From Trichosphaerium sp. ATCC 40318 (taxonomy: Eukaryota; Protista; Tubulinea), in the NCBI GenBank assembly GCA_038496445.1, contig JALMLS010000466.1:867449-931448 (forward strand): a stretch of DNA of 64,000 nucleotides. The letters are read 5' to 3'. The notes beneath the pieces are model-generated. The model was not told the origin of the DNA, made no database searches, and saw only the letters and a list, made by a program, of their open reading frames with translations. Below, piece after piece: positions 37,609 to 50,870 of this stretch. The translations under genes were made by a program, and so were the position numbers. Position 1 is the first letter of the stretch. Each line of letters begins with the position of its first letter.

Positions 37609-39274
37609 ATGACTACTGCAACGCACATAACAGTCATTCTTGTGTACGAATAACGCCAGGGAATTGTATTATATCTTACGTCCCATTTTAGGTTAGCTGT
37701 CGCTAGTACAATATTTGGCCAAACACTACAAATCGCTAACTGCCCTCAAGGTATGTTAAACAGTAAGCGTAATTCGTAATAAGCGTAAATGTACAGGTAC
37801 ATGCGACCCAACAAGTCCCCAATGCAAAGTAACAACAGTGCAATACAATACGTGCCACAGAGCTTCATATTGTAACCTTGAAAAGCATTATGGCGTAGGC
37901 GCTGTATACGAACGCTGGGAAAGTAACGGTGCACCATATAATCAGGTCTGGTACGTAAAGTATAAACGCGTACACCTCAAGTACTTACATCACCCAAATA
38001 GGGCAGTTTTCTACTCTAGTGATGATTGCAACAAAGCATCAGAACTTGGGTACGTTAGCAACCCATGGGATCTATTCGATGATTGCTTGTTACGATTTAA
38101 AGAATGCGGTATCGATAACACAGGCGCTGAAACGTCAGGTACGCTACAGCACTTCAAATCAAATCGTTTTAAGCTGTTTTCCGGTAAAATCAACCCCATA
38201 CGAATTGCACGCTTCAGTTAAGTAGCTAGGCGATACCACTGCCAACCGTGACTACTTTATAACATTTCTCCCTGAGACAAAGAATGAAAACGCTGAATCT
38301 TCATTTTAGGCTTCTCCTACTTGAACGTCAAATACTTTGACTCCAATGGTCAAGGTATTCAACCAACTCCACCACCAGAGCAATTTGGTGTAATAAAATA
38401 TGGATCAAACGGTGGTGCTTGCTCAGCAACAGCAACACCAGAACCTGCATACTATGGACCATTTCAGTTTGGTACTTGCTACGACAGAACAATATACTGT
38501 TCTACTAGCCTTACTGCATCTTTTAACTACATGAAAGCTACAAGACTAGGCACGTGAATTCCTTTTGATGAGTTGTGAAGCAGATTCCTTTTTTTCTCAC
38601 TTTATTCTTGTGCTTTTGGTTCATAAATAGTATTGTTGTTTTAACATCTTTGTTCATAGAGGAGGACAACGTGCTTGAAATCAAAATGCAATACTTTCAA
38701 GACTCTAACTGTGATCCTGATATTGGACAGAACGCTACAGCAATACTACCAATGAATGAAGGTCCACCAAAACTACCTACAAATTGTGTAACAATGTTTG
38801 GTTGTGCTGCTGGAGATATCCAATACATCCAAGGGCTCACACCTGATCTTGCATCGACTCTTAGCGGTAATACCCCATCACCTTCAGTCAATACACCAGC
38901 ACCAACCATGGCGCCAGTAACGCCAACTACTGCTCCACCGACAGGTCCAGTAGCTCCGATTGCACCTATTGAGCCTACAGAGGCACCCACTACTATTACA
39001 CCAGGTTAGAAGAGATGGTACTTGATTTGCTACTAACACTCTTCAACTAGTTGCATCGGAAGTACCAACAAAAGGATTTGGTGGCGGTGGATGTAACCTC
39101 GCTTGTGGTGATAAATTAGGTCCTGGCAACCCAGAAGCTATTGGTACTGGTACTACTGCCCCAGGCGGTACTGATCTAGGAGGTGGAACACCAGCTATAG
39201 CTTTTATTTCAAGTGCATCAAATGTTATCACTGTTGTTGCAGTTTTGGTTGTTAGCGTTGCTCTTGCTCTCTAA
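37609..39274 (+). CDS. Secreted, probably GPI-anchored Cys-rich and Pro/Thr-rich surface protein
   Basis: Signal peptide across the first intron, Cys-containing exons, PT-rich stalk, hydrophobic C-terminus VITVVAVLVVSVALAL*. Confidence 0.7.
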
Positions 39275-39386
39275 TAATTTTTTTCAAACAAATTCACATT
39301 AAACCCAGATATCAAGTCCGGTTAATAAACACTACATAACATTCTAGCTTAGTTAAGTATATTGGCTTTGAGGTTTGAACTTTTTT

Positions 39387-40786
39387 TTATTTTTTCTTCG
39401 CTGTTTTTTGCTTTGTGTTTGGTGAAGCTTTACTTGAAGAGTAGTCTGTTTTTTGTACTTTCTTTGCATCCTTTAATGCTCCAAGAACATTATTTAAATC
39501 AACAGAGTCTTTCTCAGGGTATAATCCAAGTGTTGTCCAAAAAATTTTAGATGACTTATCCATCAGATAAACATAAGGTACAATTTGTATAGGGTTCACA
39601 ACATGAGGAAAGTACATCTACCAAACAAGTTAGCGATCAAAATTTTTTGTGATTCTATAATACCAACATCTACGCTTGCGATGCAGTGCACACCAGTTTT
39701 GCGAAGTGAGTATGGTGAGCTGGGTTTCAAGCAAAATAAAAGAAGAAAATATAAAATTATGTGGTGTACCTTAAGTGTATTCTCCTCGCTTATCTTGGCG
39801 TAGTAAGTCCTTACTCGATCCTCTTCTGGTATGCTTGGATACAACCAAAACCGTTTAAAAATTAATGAATCCAAAGATTTCATTAGTGGTGCGTTACAAA
39901 TAACTAACTACAAACAATCTTGTTAGCAAAAAACAATCATCTACTTTTTTTTTCTTTTCTTATGCGAAACGTACCTCGATAATATTCATCTTAGATGTGT
40001 GTTCGTGTTTCTTTAGCTCTTCTTTCCATTTTTTCACCGAAGGCTAACCCAGATAGAAGTGTTAAAAAAATACTACAAAGGCACCACATGGTGCAAAAAA
40101 AACATTTTGCAAACACTAACAAATGTAGATGTGGTGTTATGTATCATTTCTATTTGAAAGTGGCTTTGTATATAAAAATGTGACACCTCTGCCAGAGGTT
40201 TAATATCTGATTATTGAACGCAAAGTGACCAGGTAGTGTTCGAAAAAAACCTGTTTTTTTGACAAGTGTCACTCTTATTCAAAATGTCACTCTCCAATGC
40301 AACGCTGTTTGCGCGACTGAGAACGTACACGAGTCCAAGGTATTTTCATTGTGAGTATTATTATGTTCAAAGGATCTTCTAGGATATTCTTAGGGTCTCC
40401 TAGCACCTTCAATAAATGGTAAGCACTAAAACAACTCTCAGTTGTTACCTTTTGCCCTGCGAGATTTACTAGGCCTGGTGGTAACGTTTGCGCGATTGGT
40501 GGGTTCAAAGTAAGCGCTTTTATTTTTTTTGCCTTTTGTTGCATGTCAACTAGCCTCATATCTCTCATGAAGCTCATACTGTTTGTAGACTTCCTATTAG
40601 GAGTAAATAAGAGTGTAGCGAAGTTATCGTTTACAAAAAATTAACAAAGCGTGTCGCTCGATCATTTCTAGCTTGTTTTGCATCCTTTAAAGTGCTCGTT
40701 GGCTTTCGTGTACAAAATCGCTTGTAAACGCGTGGTGCTACCCTATAACCGACCTGCGCGCGTAGGCATACACGTTGGCATAGCAT
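39387..40786 (-). CDS. Mitochondrial protein, ATP10-like ATP synthase assembly factor (tentative)
   Basis: Arg-rich presequence MLCQRVCLRAQVGYR. The C-terminal IVPYVYLMDKSSKIFWTTLG resembles the ATP10 (G)YVYLVD..KIRW..SG motif. Confidence 0.55.
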
Positions 40787-40815
40787 AGGTTAATTACAAT
40801 TTGGCAGAAAGAAAA

Positions 40816-41619
40816 ATGAAGGTCTTATTTTTCCAGGCAAGTCAACGAGATATTCCAACTTGAATTTGGAGTACTAACTTGTTTTGCTTTTGTAGAAATT
40901 TGGCAACTTCCGCGGGGTAATGAAGGTTAATGCAGAACACCAATGCAGCTTGGTGCTTCTGTTAAACCTGTTCAGGCTGTGTTCAAACTACCAAGCGTCG
41001 GAAAGACCACATTTCGTTGCCCAGTAAAGAGTGGTGTACCAACTAATGGCACTTTCTGGATAACATAGATGGCGATATGGCACTTAAGGAGGCAGTAAAA
41101 CCAGCAGGACCTACACACTGGCACAGTCTCAAGTATGACAATCGTGCTTGCAAATCTGTCATTCTTACAGTCAATACTGTTATGGAGCTTCTCTAAGCGG
41201 TATCGTAAGTACTTTTGGCTCTTAGACACCGTATCATCAAAACGTCACGTTTACCTCCTGCTACACCTCCAAAAGTATTAACACCAGTCCTTCACGTAAA
41301 CCAAACTAGTGATGGTAAAACAACAAATGGTTAGACGCTGAGTTGCTACAAAGGGTAGTACGAAAGAGAACAGAGAATGTAACTAAGAGTTGAAGATCCA
41401 GGGACGCTATCCTAATCACGTTTTCACTTTCTTAGGAGAATGTGCACAGGCAACTGATGATCCTGAATGTACTACTACATAACACAAGCTTTTCAAAACA
41501 TGGCCTAGTGCTATTGTGCTACGAAGAAGGAGAGTTGTGGTGGTTGTAAAGCATGGATATCGAACCAGGCTTGCATACTGTTACCAGCAAACTGTATAAA
41601 GTACAAATGGTATAGTTGA
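40816..41619 (+). CDS. Small hypothetical multi-exon protein with Cys-rich C-terminus
   Basis: Short exons flanked by GT..AG; last exon CYCATKKESCGGCKAWISNQACILLPANCIKYKWYS*. The 5' structure is unresolved. Confidence 0.4.
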
Positions 41620-41831
41620 GTAAATACATCGTTACTCTTGAACTTGTTTTTGTGCACTGCATAAAACTTCGCCGGTTTTTATTTTTGACAACTGCGAAAC
41701 GACAATCATCTCATTTGGTGATACAAACGGAACACAGTTCATCTTCGTATCAACCGATAAAGTTAAAAAACCATCAAACTTTTTTTTACACTTTTTACAA
41801 TTTTTTTACAGTTTATTTTCGCATCCACTTA

Positions 41832-42110
41832 GGGCACTGCTAGCGCATTATGCGCTAGTTGCTGTGTTCATACTGAGTACGGTACCTACGCGATAATAAA
41901 CAAGTATCTAATGATACACGTCGTATTGCAAGCTATCGGTGCGCACCGATAAACATAGATCCTACATAGTTTTTTGGCAAAAATATACCGTACTGAAGTA
42001 ACCGGAGCATTGTTTCGTTAGTTACACACTTGTTAGAATCGAGCTTTTATAACCGAGAGTGAGAGCGCTGTAATTCATCGCTCACGCGATTACTTACGTC
42101 ATGGCGACCT
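41832..42110. repeat. Cluster of palindromes / inverted repeats
   Basis: CTAGCGCAT-T-ATGCGCTAG (41840-41858), TATCGGTGCGCACCGATA (41934-41951), and AGTACGGTA (41876) pairing with TACCGTACT (41986). Confidence 0.8.
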
Positions 42111-42371
42111 TCTTTAAATCAATTTTGTTTAAACCTTAAAAGAAAAACGAAAAAAGGAAAAAACCCTTTTATAGCACGTGCGTTTTTAGAATAAAAACAA
42201 TTATATCGTTTCGAACGCGTAAATTGAACTTATTTCAATAGTGGCATGTGTGAAATGACGAACTATGGTAAAACCATACAAATAAATCTTATCATTAGAG
42301 TCTACTTGTTGTTGTTTAGAGGTCTTGAAACAATTGGTGTTGACTTATGTATTGTTTTGTGAATTTGGCTA

Positions 42372-45300
42372 ATGGAAATGTTGGAGGCGCAACAACAGCC
42401 GCAGGACTTTCTACCAGCAGATGCAAGTCCTAGTGTATCGCCAACAACTACTGATGCGGAAACTGCAAGCAGCACCGCTACACCAGAATTAAAAAGAAAA
42501 CTACCTCCTGGTAGAAGGAGTGACCGTTTTCAAAGCCTTACTGTAGCTGATAAGGTTCGTCTTCAATCCCACGAGAACAAACGAGCTCTATTTTGTTATT
42601 TTTTTTTTTTTGCTTTTTTGTATTGTTTATTTCTTCGCTTGTTCTTTTTGATCTAATGCCACGTGTTTGTTTTCAATAGGATGGTTTCTTTGATAAGCTT
42701 TCTGTACTTGTTAAAAACCAACGTGATGAAGGGGATAGTACAAAACAACCCGAAAAGGGCGACGGTACGGTTCAGTTTTGATTATTCAAGATATTGTGGT
42801 TGTTTGGTTTTTTTGGTTTTTGTACAAAAACAAAATGTTATTTTTTTAATTACACCGCCATGCACGTGCGTTGTTGTAATTTATTATTTCAATTGGATGA
42901 CGACGAATTCTGATTTGATTTATTTGTAGATGAGTTATCTAGTAATTCAAGTGATAGTCCACTTGTTATAGCGCCTAATGAACTCGAAAAACAAAGACAG
43001 AAGAGGGGTAATATATTGCAGGAAATATTACACACAGAGAAGAGTTATATGAACAGTTTAGGACTAGCCATGAATGTATGCGTCGTTTGGGTTTAATGAT
43101 GTTTTTTTTTTTTGGGTTTTTTTTTTTGGTGAATAGACTTTGCTCTTTATTTATTTTGTACTTGAAACTGACACCTTGGTGGCGTTTAGATATACTTTAA
43201 GAAGCTTAAGGAGTCAGGCATTATTGCTCAGAAGTATATGGATATTATTTTCTTTACTTTACCTACTATCCAGGCTACAAACAGAGTGTTTCTAGATGTA
43301 CGAGTTTATCCCCTTTTTTTTATTTATTGGAGATTTACACATGTTTTCATTTTGTGTTATTTTTTGTGTTGAGTCTATCGGTAGGATATAACTGGTGTTA
43401 TGCTCGAGAAGAGCGCTGATCCTAATGAATGCAATGTTGCATCGGCCTTTTTGAAATTTGTACGTACAATGGTGTAGTTTCAGCCAAGCGGTAGATATGT
43501 AAAATATGGTTTTTGTTAATTTTGTTTTAAGGTGCCTAATCTTCACATTTACGCTGACTACGCGACGAACCATTGTACGACTATACGTACAATGATTGAA
43601 TTGGATAAAAAGAGACCACAATTAATGACCTTCCTGCAGGTATGCGCCTTCTTGAGTGAATTTATAATTCAATTATGCTTTCAACGTATTTTATTCTTGT
43701 TCACACGTGACTTACAATGGTATTAGGAGATTCAAAATACCGAACGAGTTCTTGATTTAATGTCTTTATTGATCCAACCTATTCAGCGTATACCAAGATA
43801 CAGGCTTCTTTTACAGGTATGGAAGGGCGACAAAAATGTTTTTGTTGTTTTGGCAAACTCTTGTCCGTTTTTTTTCCTTTTTTCATGAAGTCTAATTTTG
43901 AGCGCTGGTAGGATTTAATTAAGTGTACTTACGCAACACACGAAGATTATAAGCCGTTAAAAGTAGCTCTAAAAAAGATCAAAAAAATAGCAAACGAAGT
44001 AAACGAGACTGTTAGGCGATCTGAGGATTTCTTAAAATTAACAGAAATTAAACGTGTATTTGGTTCACCTGATGTACGATTTTTATTTGATTGTTTGGAC
44101 TGAGTCTCTAATTTACTTATTAAGGAACTATCCGGTTTTGTCGTTGAAGGAAGGAAATTTCATTATCAAGGCATGTTGTCAAAAGTTTGTAGAAAGGATA
44201 TCAAGAGAAGGTACTGGTTGAACCCGAAAAAACTCACAGTTGATTTTCTTTTTTTTTCTCTTTTTTTGGTTGATTAAATGGGCTACAGGTATTTCTATTT
44301 ATTAAGCGACAGACTCCTTTATGGGTACGTTATAATTTAGAAAAATAATATAATTAACTACATTAAATATAGAGCTCCTACGCCGTCGTACAGAGACGGA
44401 GAGAAACCACACTCAGGGTGAGATTTTTCCTTTTATTTTCTGAACTTTTACATTAACTTAACCTTCTAAGATCTCTCACATACCACAATAACCTTCCACT
44501 CGAAGGAATGAAGGCCATAGACTTACCAGATAACGACCGTACGATTATTAATGCAGAAATAGAGCTAAATTTAATAATGTGGTGTAGAGTATAAAAACGC
44601 TTTCCAAATACGAAGTGTTAAGAAATCGTTTGTTGTTGTATGTTCAGCAGTACAGGAAAAAACAAAGTGGCTTGCTGTATTTAATTCTCTTCTACTGGTA
44701 CCTGATGATGACGATTCTGATGGTGAAACTGGTACGGCATCAAACAATAGAAAAAAACCCTTTGCACGTGTCACGTGATACAGTTTTTTTTTTTCCTTGA
44801 TGATTTTCTAAATGTTGTAAAGCGCCTGTATGGTATGCTGATAGGGAAAGTGGTGATTGTATGAGATGCGGAAAGGTAAAATAAACTATCACTTGGTTTG
44901 TTTTTGTAAAATGATTGCTCACTTGAAAATAGGCTTTTGGTTCAGTAGTGTCATTAACAAACAGAAGAGTACGTATATTCCTAATTACATATGTTAAATT
45001 GATAATTCTTTAGCACCATTGCAGGTACTATACAGAGTGTTAAATACCACGTGATCCTAACAAAAAAAAGAAAATGTGGTTACTTGGTTTGTGCAAAGTG
45101 TTCTGCTCAAAAAGCAGTTATTCCTTCTCTTGGCACACCTACACCAAAGCGTGTTTGTCTACCTTGTTATTCAGTTCTTAAAAAAGGTATTTTAGTTCTG
45201 TTGCTTTCTATTTTCGTTAAATGTCTATTCAGATAAGTTGTCTAATTCCAGAGATACTGCCGTCACTCAAAATGGGGCATACAGTAGTCCTGGTCGTGCC

Positions 45301-48034
45301 AATAGAAAGAGTGTACCATCGGCTTACCAACCTCAAGATGGGCGTGATTCTCCAGACCGTGGACGATCGTTAACTGTCAGTGGTCCATCAACTACACCGG
45401 TACAATAGTTAAGGGTTTTTTTCTCCAAATTAACCAAGGTTTTAGACGTCCGCAGAACCACATTCGTTGAGGTAACCTATTCTATTACAAGAAAATACAA
45501 TATCAGATATATTAATAGCTTTTAAGGTCGTCTGGTCCAGCCTCTTCAAAGTATGGCAGTTTATCAAAGAAGACTGGTTCTCCAAGTGTCAAGACAAGAA
45601 AAAAGTCAGCATCACTCTTGTGCGTTCTCTCCTAGCGGGTTTGTTTTTATGTATCTAATCTTTCATTTCTATTAGGAAAGTGGGCAGTTTAATGAAGAAA
45701 GCACGCAAAAGCAAGTCGACAGGCGATATGCATTCTCCATTCAAATTCGATGATAAAACACTTAAGAATTTAAGTGAGATTAGCCAACAAGATCCTGATG
45801 CTAGTATGTTCCTTTGTAGTTACTTAACCAGAACTAATATATTTATAGTCATTGAAACTGAAGATCCAGAGGAAACATCAAGTGATTCTTTGAGTTCTGG
45901 AAAGAAGAAGAAGCGAGGAACTTTGAGTACGAATTCTTGAAATAGATTGACCTAGTTAAATCAAGTTCTTACACGTTTTTTTTCAAGTCGATCCAAAAAC
46001 TGGTAAAGTAAAGAAGAAGAGATCCTTCCGTGGCATGACAAGATCACGTAAAGGTGATAAGATTCGTCGTAAAACAATGAGTCAAGGAGAACAGCCACCT
46101 GAGGTTGCTGAAATGTTTAAACCAGCAAGATCAAATACTACTTTTGCACCTCTTGGAGCGTACGTACCGAAGTCTCACCATTCCGCTTTTGGCTAATTTT
46201 GATGTTGACAATCTCGAGCTCTTGTTAGTGCAAGCTTTACTAACTTTGTGTATAGTTCGCTATCATCAATGTCTCCTCTTGATCCATCTGCAGAAACTAG
46301 CGACAAGTCGGACTCTAGATCAGATAGCCTATCAGGACCACTAACACCGATTCAAAAAACTGTATCACTACCACCTCCGGCTACTAAACCACCAATACCA
46401 GAGGATTCGCCAAAGGATCCGTTAAAAGCACGTGGAGAATTACACAAGAGAAGGTATCGAAAATACAACACATTTTTTACACTTTTTTGTGTTTTCTAAA
46501 AATAACGTGTAGACCTATACCTCTCCTCAAAAGAGGGTCTGGACCTCTCATGCATAGGAGGAGTGCTTCTCTTAGCTTCAACTCACTATCACATACACCT
46601 GCACATGAGAAAACGGAAACACATGTCAGAAGGTACTATTCATATTAGAGAAAAAACCACATGTACAGTTCGGCAAACAAATGACATTGTACATAGGCAA
46701 AGCTTGTCAATGGACTTTACAAAGATGTTAGAAGAATCTTCCGTGGAGAAAAATTCTTCTGGAGAGTCATACGTGTTTATTCCTGGCAAGAGGTAGAATA
46801 CCTTCTAAGGGATTTTTTTTTCCAAATACTTAGTCATATTCTAGAATGTCAAAACCTCCAATACCTTTGGATAAAATCCCACCTAAACCACAGTATGCGC
46901 CACCTAGCGCACCAAAGTCAAGAAAAACTACTTCTTTAAAGAAAATGCCGGCACCAGTATGTCACTTACATCAATTTTAATTTCTTACTTTTTTACCAAG
47001 CCTGATCCAACAGATGAGAATCCTATCGTGTCACATACAGCAGAAACACGACCATTTTCTCGTCCAAAGAGTTCTCCACCTCCTAAACCAAAAGCAGCTC
47101 GTCCTAAAAGACGAAGAAAGGCATTACAATCAAAACGTGACTAACTAACTTACAATTTCTTTGTAGAAGGTATCACAAGCTCCTAATGGAACAAATAAAT
47201 TTCAAGCAAAATTTTTACGATCTACTGGTAAGAGACGACGCAGGAACAGTATAAAGAAGATTACACATAATGTAAAGAAGCCTATTTCAACTGTTAGAAC
47301 AGAAGAAGAGAGCGTAGTATGGGCAATCCGACGAGGAGATCTTTCTAGTGTCAAGGTACATACTTTGCCCTTAAAATACAATTATCTTTTTTCATTACTA
47401 ACAGTACTTTACTAGGAGTGGATTGATTTAGGTATACTTTTGTTTACCTTGAGCTGTTATCCTCTTTTTGATTTTCAATGATTTTTCAGCACGAAAATCA
47501 CGTGTATTTGCTATTCACGCTGTTTGTTGAAATTAATGGCGATTAAAATTTATGATGCTGATTTTTCTTTAGATGGTGGTAATGTTAATGACGTACTTAA
47601 ATCTACAAATCAATTCCAAAGAACTTGTCTACATCTGGCTGCCCAACATGGTAAACCAGACATAATAGAATTTCTACTCAGTCAGGTACACCTTTGTTTC
47701 AAATATGTTCAACTTGGTCCTCTTGATCTGACTTTGTTTACAGGGTGCCGATATAAACAAGCAAGATGGTCTTGGAGCAACTCCATTGTTTGTCGCAGTA
47801 GATAGTACCCAAGAAAAAGTTGTAGAGCTTCTTTGCGCTAAAGGAGCACGTCAAGATCTCAAAGGTAAATCACGTGGATTCGGAAGAAAACCTTTTTGTT
47901 TTACAGCCTTAAAACCTTCTCTTTACATGTGGGACTAACTGTCGTTTTTAGGACGTCATGGAAAAACAGCGTATGATAGAGCAAAATCATCAAGCACAGC
48001 CTCGTTGAAGGAAATAATGGAACGCTACCAGTAG
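42372..48034 (+). CDS. RhoGEF with DH-PH-FYVE domains, low-complexity region and C-terminal ankyrin repeats (FGD-like)
   Basis: ILQEILHTEKSY, LIQPIQRIPRYRLLLQ, PH YFYLLSDRLLY...EKTKW, FYVE WYAD..C..C..RRHHCRKCGYLVCAKCS..RVCLPC, ankyrin RTCLHLAAQHG and GATPLFVAV. Confidence 0.88.
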
Positions 48035-48446
48035 AGTCCTGAGATGAAAAAAACTTTTTTTATTTTGTACAAAAGTAAGTGCAGCATGTCTACCTCAAAA
48101 GAGAATCAGAAAAACAAAACAAATTAATTAAGCATGGTTGCGAAATCAGTATTGTAGACATCAAATAAAAGGTCGTTGTAAGTTATTTTTAAATCGGTTT
48201 GCACACCAAAAAGTCGTTACAAGCTGAACCGCTTCATTAACATCTCTATCGAGTGTAGCTTTGACACTTGTTTTCAAAGACAATTTGCCATCTAGTTTAC
48301 AAGCTAGAAATTAGTTCAGATAGAGTTGTCGAATAATATTAGTGACACTGGTCAAGTGTGAATTATTTGATAATTTTTGGATTTTTAATTTGTCTTTTTG
48401 TATTGGTTATCTTTTTGTGCTTCTTAATTACTTTCTGTATCTACTT

Positions 48447-50393
48447 CTAGTCTTCTATATAATTGATAGATAGCATATTTCTATTAGTCTTCTTTTTTGA
48501 AGCAATTATCTGATCGGAAACAACAAAACAAATGCAACTTAAACTTAACAATGCCATTTGTGCCCATATTTGAGTATAGCTAGTTCCCTTAACGATATGT
48601 AACGGGACATGAGGAGCGTAATAAAATCCAATAGCAGCAGCCAAATTCTACAAAGCCAGTAAGTCATGACTCAATCAAACAGAGAAGCAATACTTAATAC
48701 CTGAAGGAAAAAGAAAATAGTAAAACCGCCAACGCTCTCAACGGCAAAAGCATCACCAAGAAGTGCATAAGTCTAATATTATATAATAGCATCAGTAATT
48801 AAGGCAAATGTATTTCAGGTGGTCGAGTACGAAAGAGGTTATGTTACTCAAGTTATTCTGGTGTTTTAAATGTATGTTCTCGTGCCTGTGTATTAAATAT
48901 AGCATCACCTGCTCCAAAAAGAAACGCTGCAACAAAAGCAGTCCAAGGCACATCTTCGAATTTAGCAAATGTCCACCATGAGTCTCTCACACAAACTGTA
49001 AAAAACAAGGCACCACCATAAGCCAAACTCCTAGACCATTGTTAAAAACATGTTAAATAATTTTTTTGCACCCTGCAATTACTACACAACTGCGTCCAAT
49101 AGCATCTGATAAAGGACCTAAAATTAATCCACCCAAAACTTCAGCAATACCCACAAACGTAAGCACAAGGCCAATAGCGCTTTGGTCAAGAAGTAGAGGA
49201 AAAGCACCAGTCCAAAATGAAATTTCGAAACCTGTAGTAGAATGCATTTGTAAGTATGTTATTTTGTGTAGTCTGAACTGTCGTACCTGTCCACATGAAC
49301 ATAGGTAATAATAAAATCATTTCCCAGTTACCAATAACGCTAAAAGCGTTTCTCATTATCATAGAAAGAGACGGCCTGAGGACAAAAAGAAAGTGTAAGA
49401 AACAGCAAAACCCCTCCTGATAGTAGTGAGTTGCGTACCTTTCCTTGTTGTTCTTTTCCAGTTGTACAGAAGGAGGTGGTTTCTGTAAAACTAAAAGTGC
49501 AGTACCAGAAACACCAATGACAGCAAATACAGTGTACATTATATAAGACGATACTCGTTTAAATAAAAAATAAGCAGCTAGGTTTCCTACTATAGCACAC
49601 ATCTGAAATATGCCCCAGAATATACCAGAGTTACGTCCTCTTTTTCCCTCAGTCGAAATTTCTGTGAGGAAAGCACCTCAAATGACAATGAGTTGAAAGT
49701 AAGACTTGATATTTCACCTACCTTGAGCAACCCATAGAATGGCTGCACCTGAACCACAAAGTGATGCAGCAATACATACTACTGCGGGTAGTATTTTAAT
49801 AAGACTTACTAAATATACCACATAACATGCAGCACCAATGACCATTGACCACCTAAGAAATCAGTAACTTCTTGTCCAACAAAAAAAGCTGATTTTTTTG
49901 CAACCACGTGATTTTTTTTTCATAGTCGCTTTTGTTTTTACGTACCTTTCTGTTAAAAAGCTTATGATTACTGGTGCAACCAGTGTAACGAAAGCACAAA
50001 AAATATATACAAGTGTCAATGATTCGTTACCGAGATGCTCTAAAAGAGGGTCACCAAAAAAAAACTTTCTCGAAAATTATTTTTTTCCTTTGTTGTATTT
50101 TGTAACTTTCGTAAATCATCTTTGAAAAGATATTTCTAAGTACTAGACGCTTATAGAAGGCGTTTAAGAGTAATTTTAGAAGGCTTACTTGGTAATAACG
50201 ATGTAACGTAATTTTGCATCGTATTGTATGCTGTAAACAGCAAAAAGAAGCCAAAACTCATTGCTGTAAGGTTATAAACTTCATACGAAACGCCACATAT
50301 TGTTTCGTCAACTTCATTATCTCCTCGCTTCAATTTGGATATTTCCGACTTGTTTTCTTCAAGCAAAGGCGAAAATGCACCATCATCGGCCAT
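48447..50393 (-). CDS. UNC93-like MFS transporter (MFSD11-like)
   Basis: SFGFFLLFTAYNTMQN, CAAILWVAQG, NSGIFWGIFQ, FMWTGFEISFW, LFGAGDAIFNTQ. Confidence 0.88.
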
Positions 50394-50870
50394 TCAATTA
50401 GTTTATTGACTTATACTGCAAAACAGAATTGCTTAACCTGCTGCACGTGCACGAAGCGACGCGCAACTGATTTAATATCAAAGCTGTGTAACAGTTTGAT
50501 CATAGCACGGCTAGATGTGAGCGTGTAACGGCTACAATAGGATTATATTGAGATACGATTGCAGATGAAATAATTTTTGTGCATAAATAACAGATCCGGT
50601 CAACAAGGAACATACGAAGCTTATATTTTATGTATGAAACTAAATATTCGACACTATGTGAAAGTGTTTGGAGTCTCAGAATTGGTTTGTTGGGAAAACA
50701 GCTTCTTTTTTGTTGGATGTGAACCACTCTTGCCAAAGGCCAACTATTTTTATTACAGAGTGATCTCCTTCTAATAGCCAGTAAATATAACAACGGTTTG
50801 TAGTATCTTTGTACATTGTAATTTACATGAAATTTTGTTTTACTATTTTTATAGGTTTTTTCCTTTAAAG

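Noticed and set aside
42089-42130. TACTTAC resembling the U1 5' end
   Set aside because: It lacks CTGG and is only ~30 nt from the Sm-like site, too short for U1.
50500-50793. ORFs between the UNC93-like gene and the next gene
   Set aside because: No motifs or consistent splice pattern; probably UTR or promoter.
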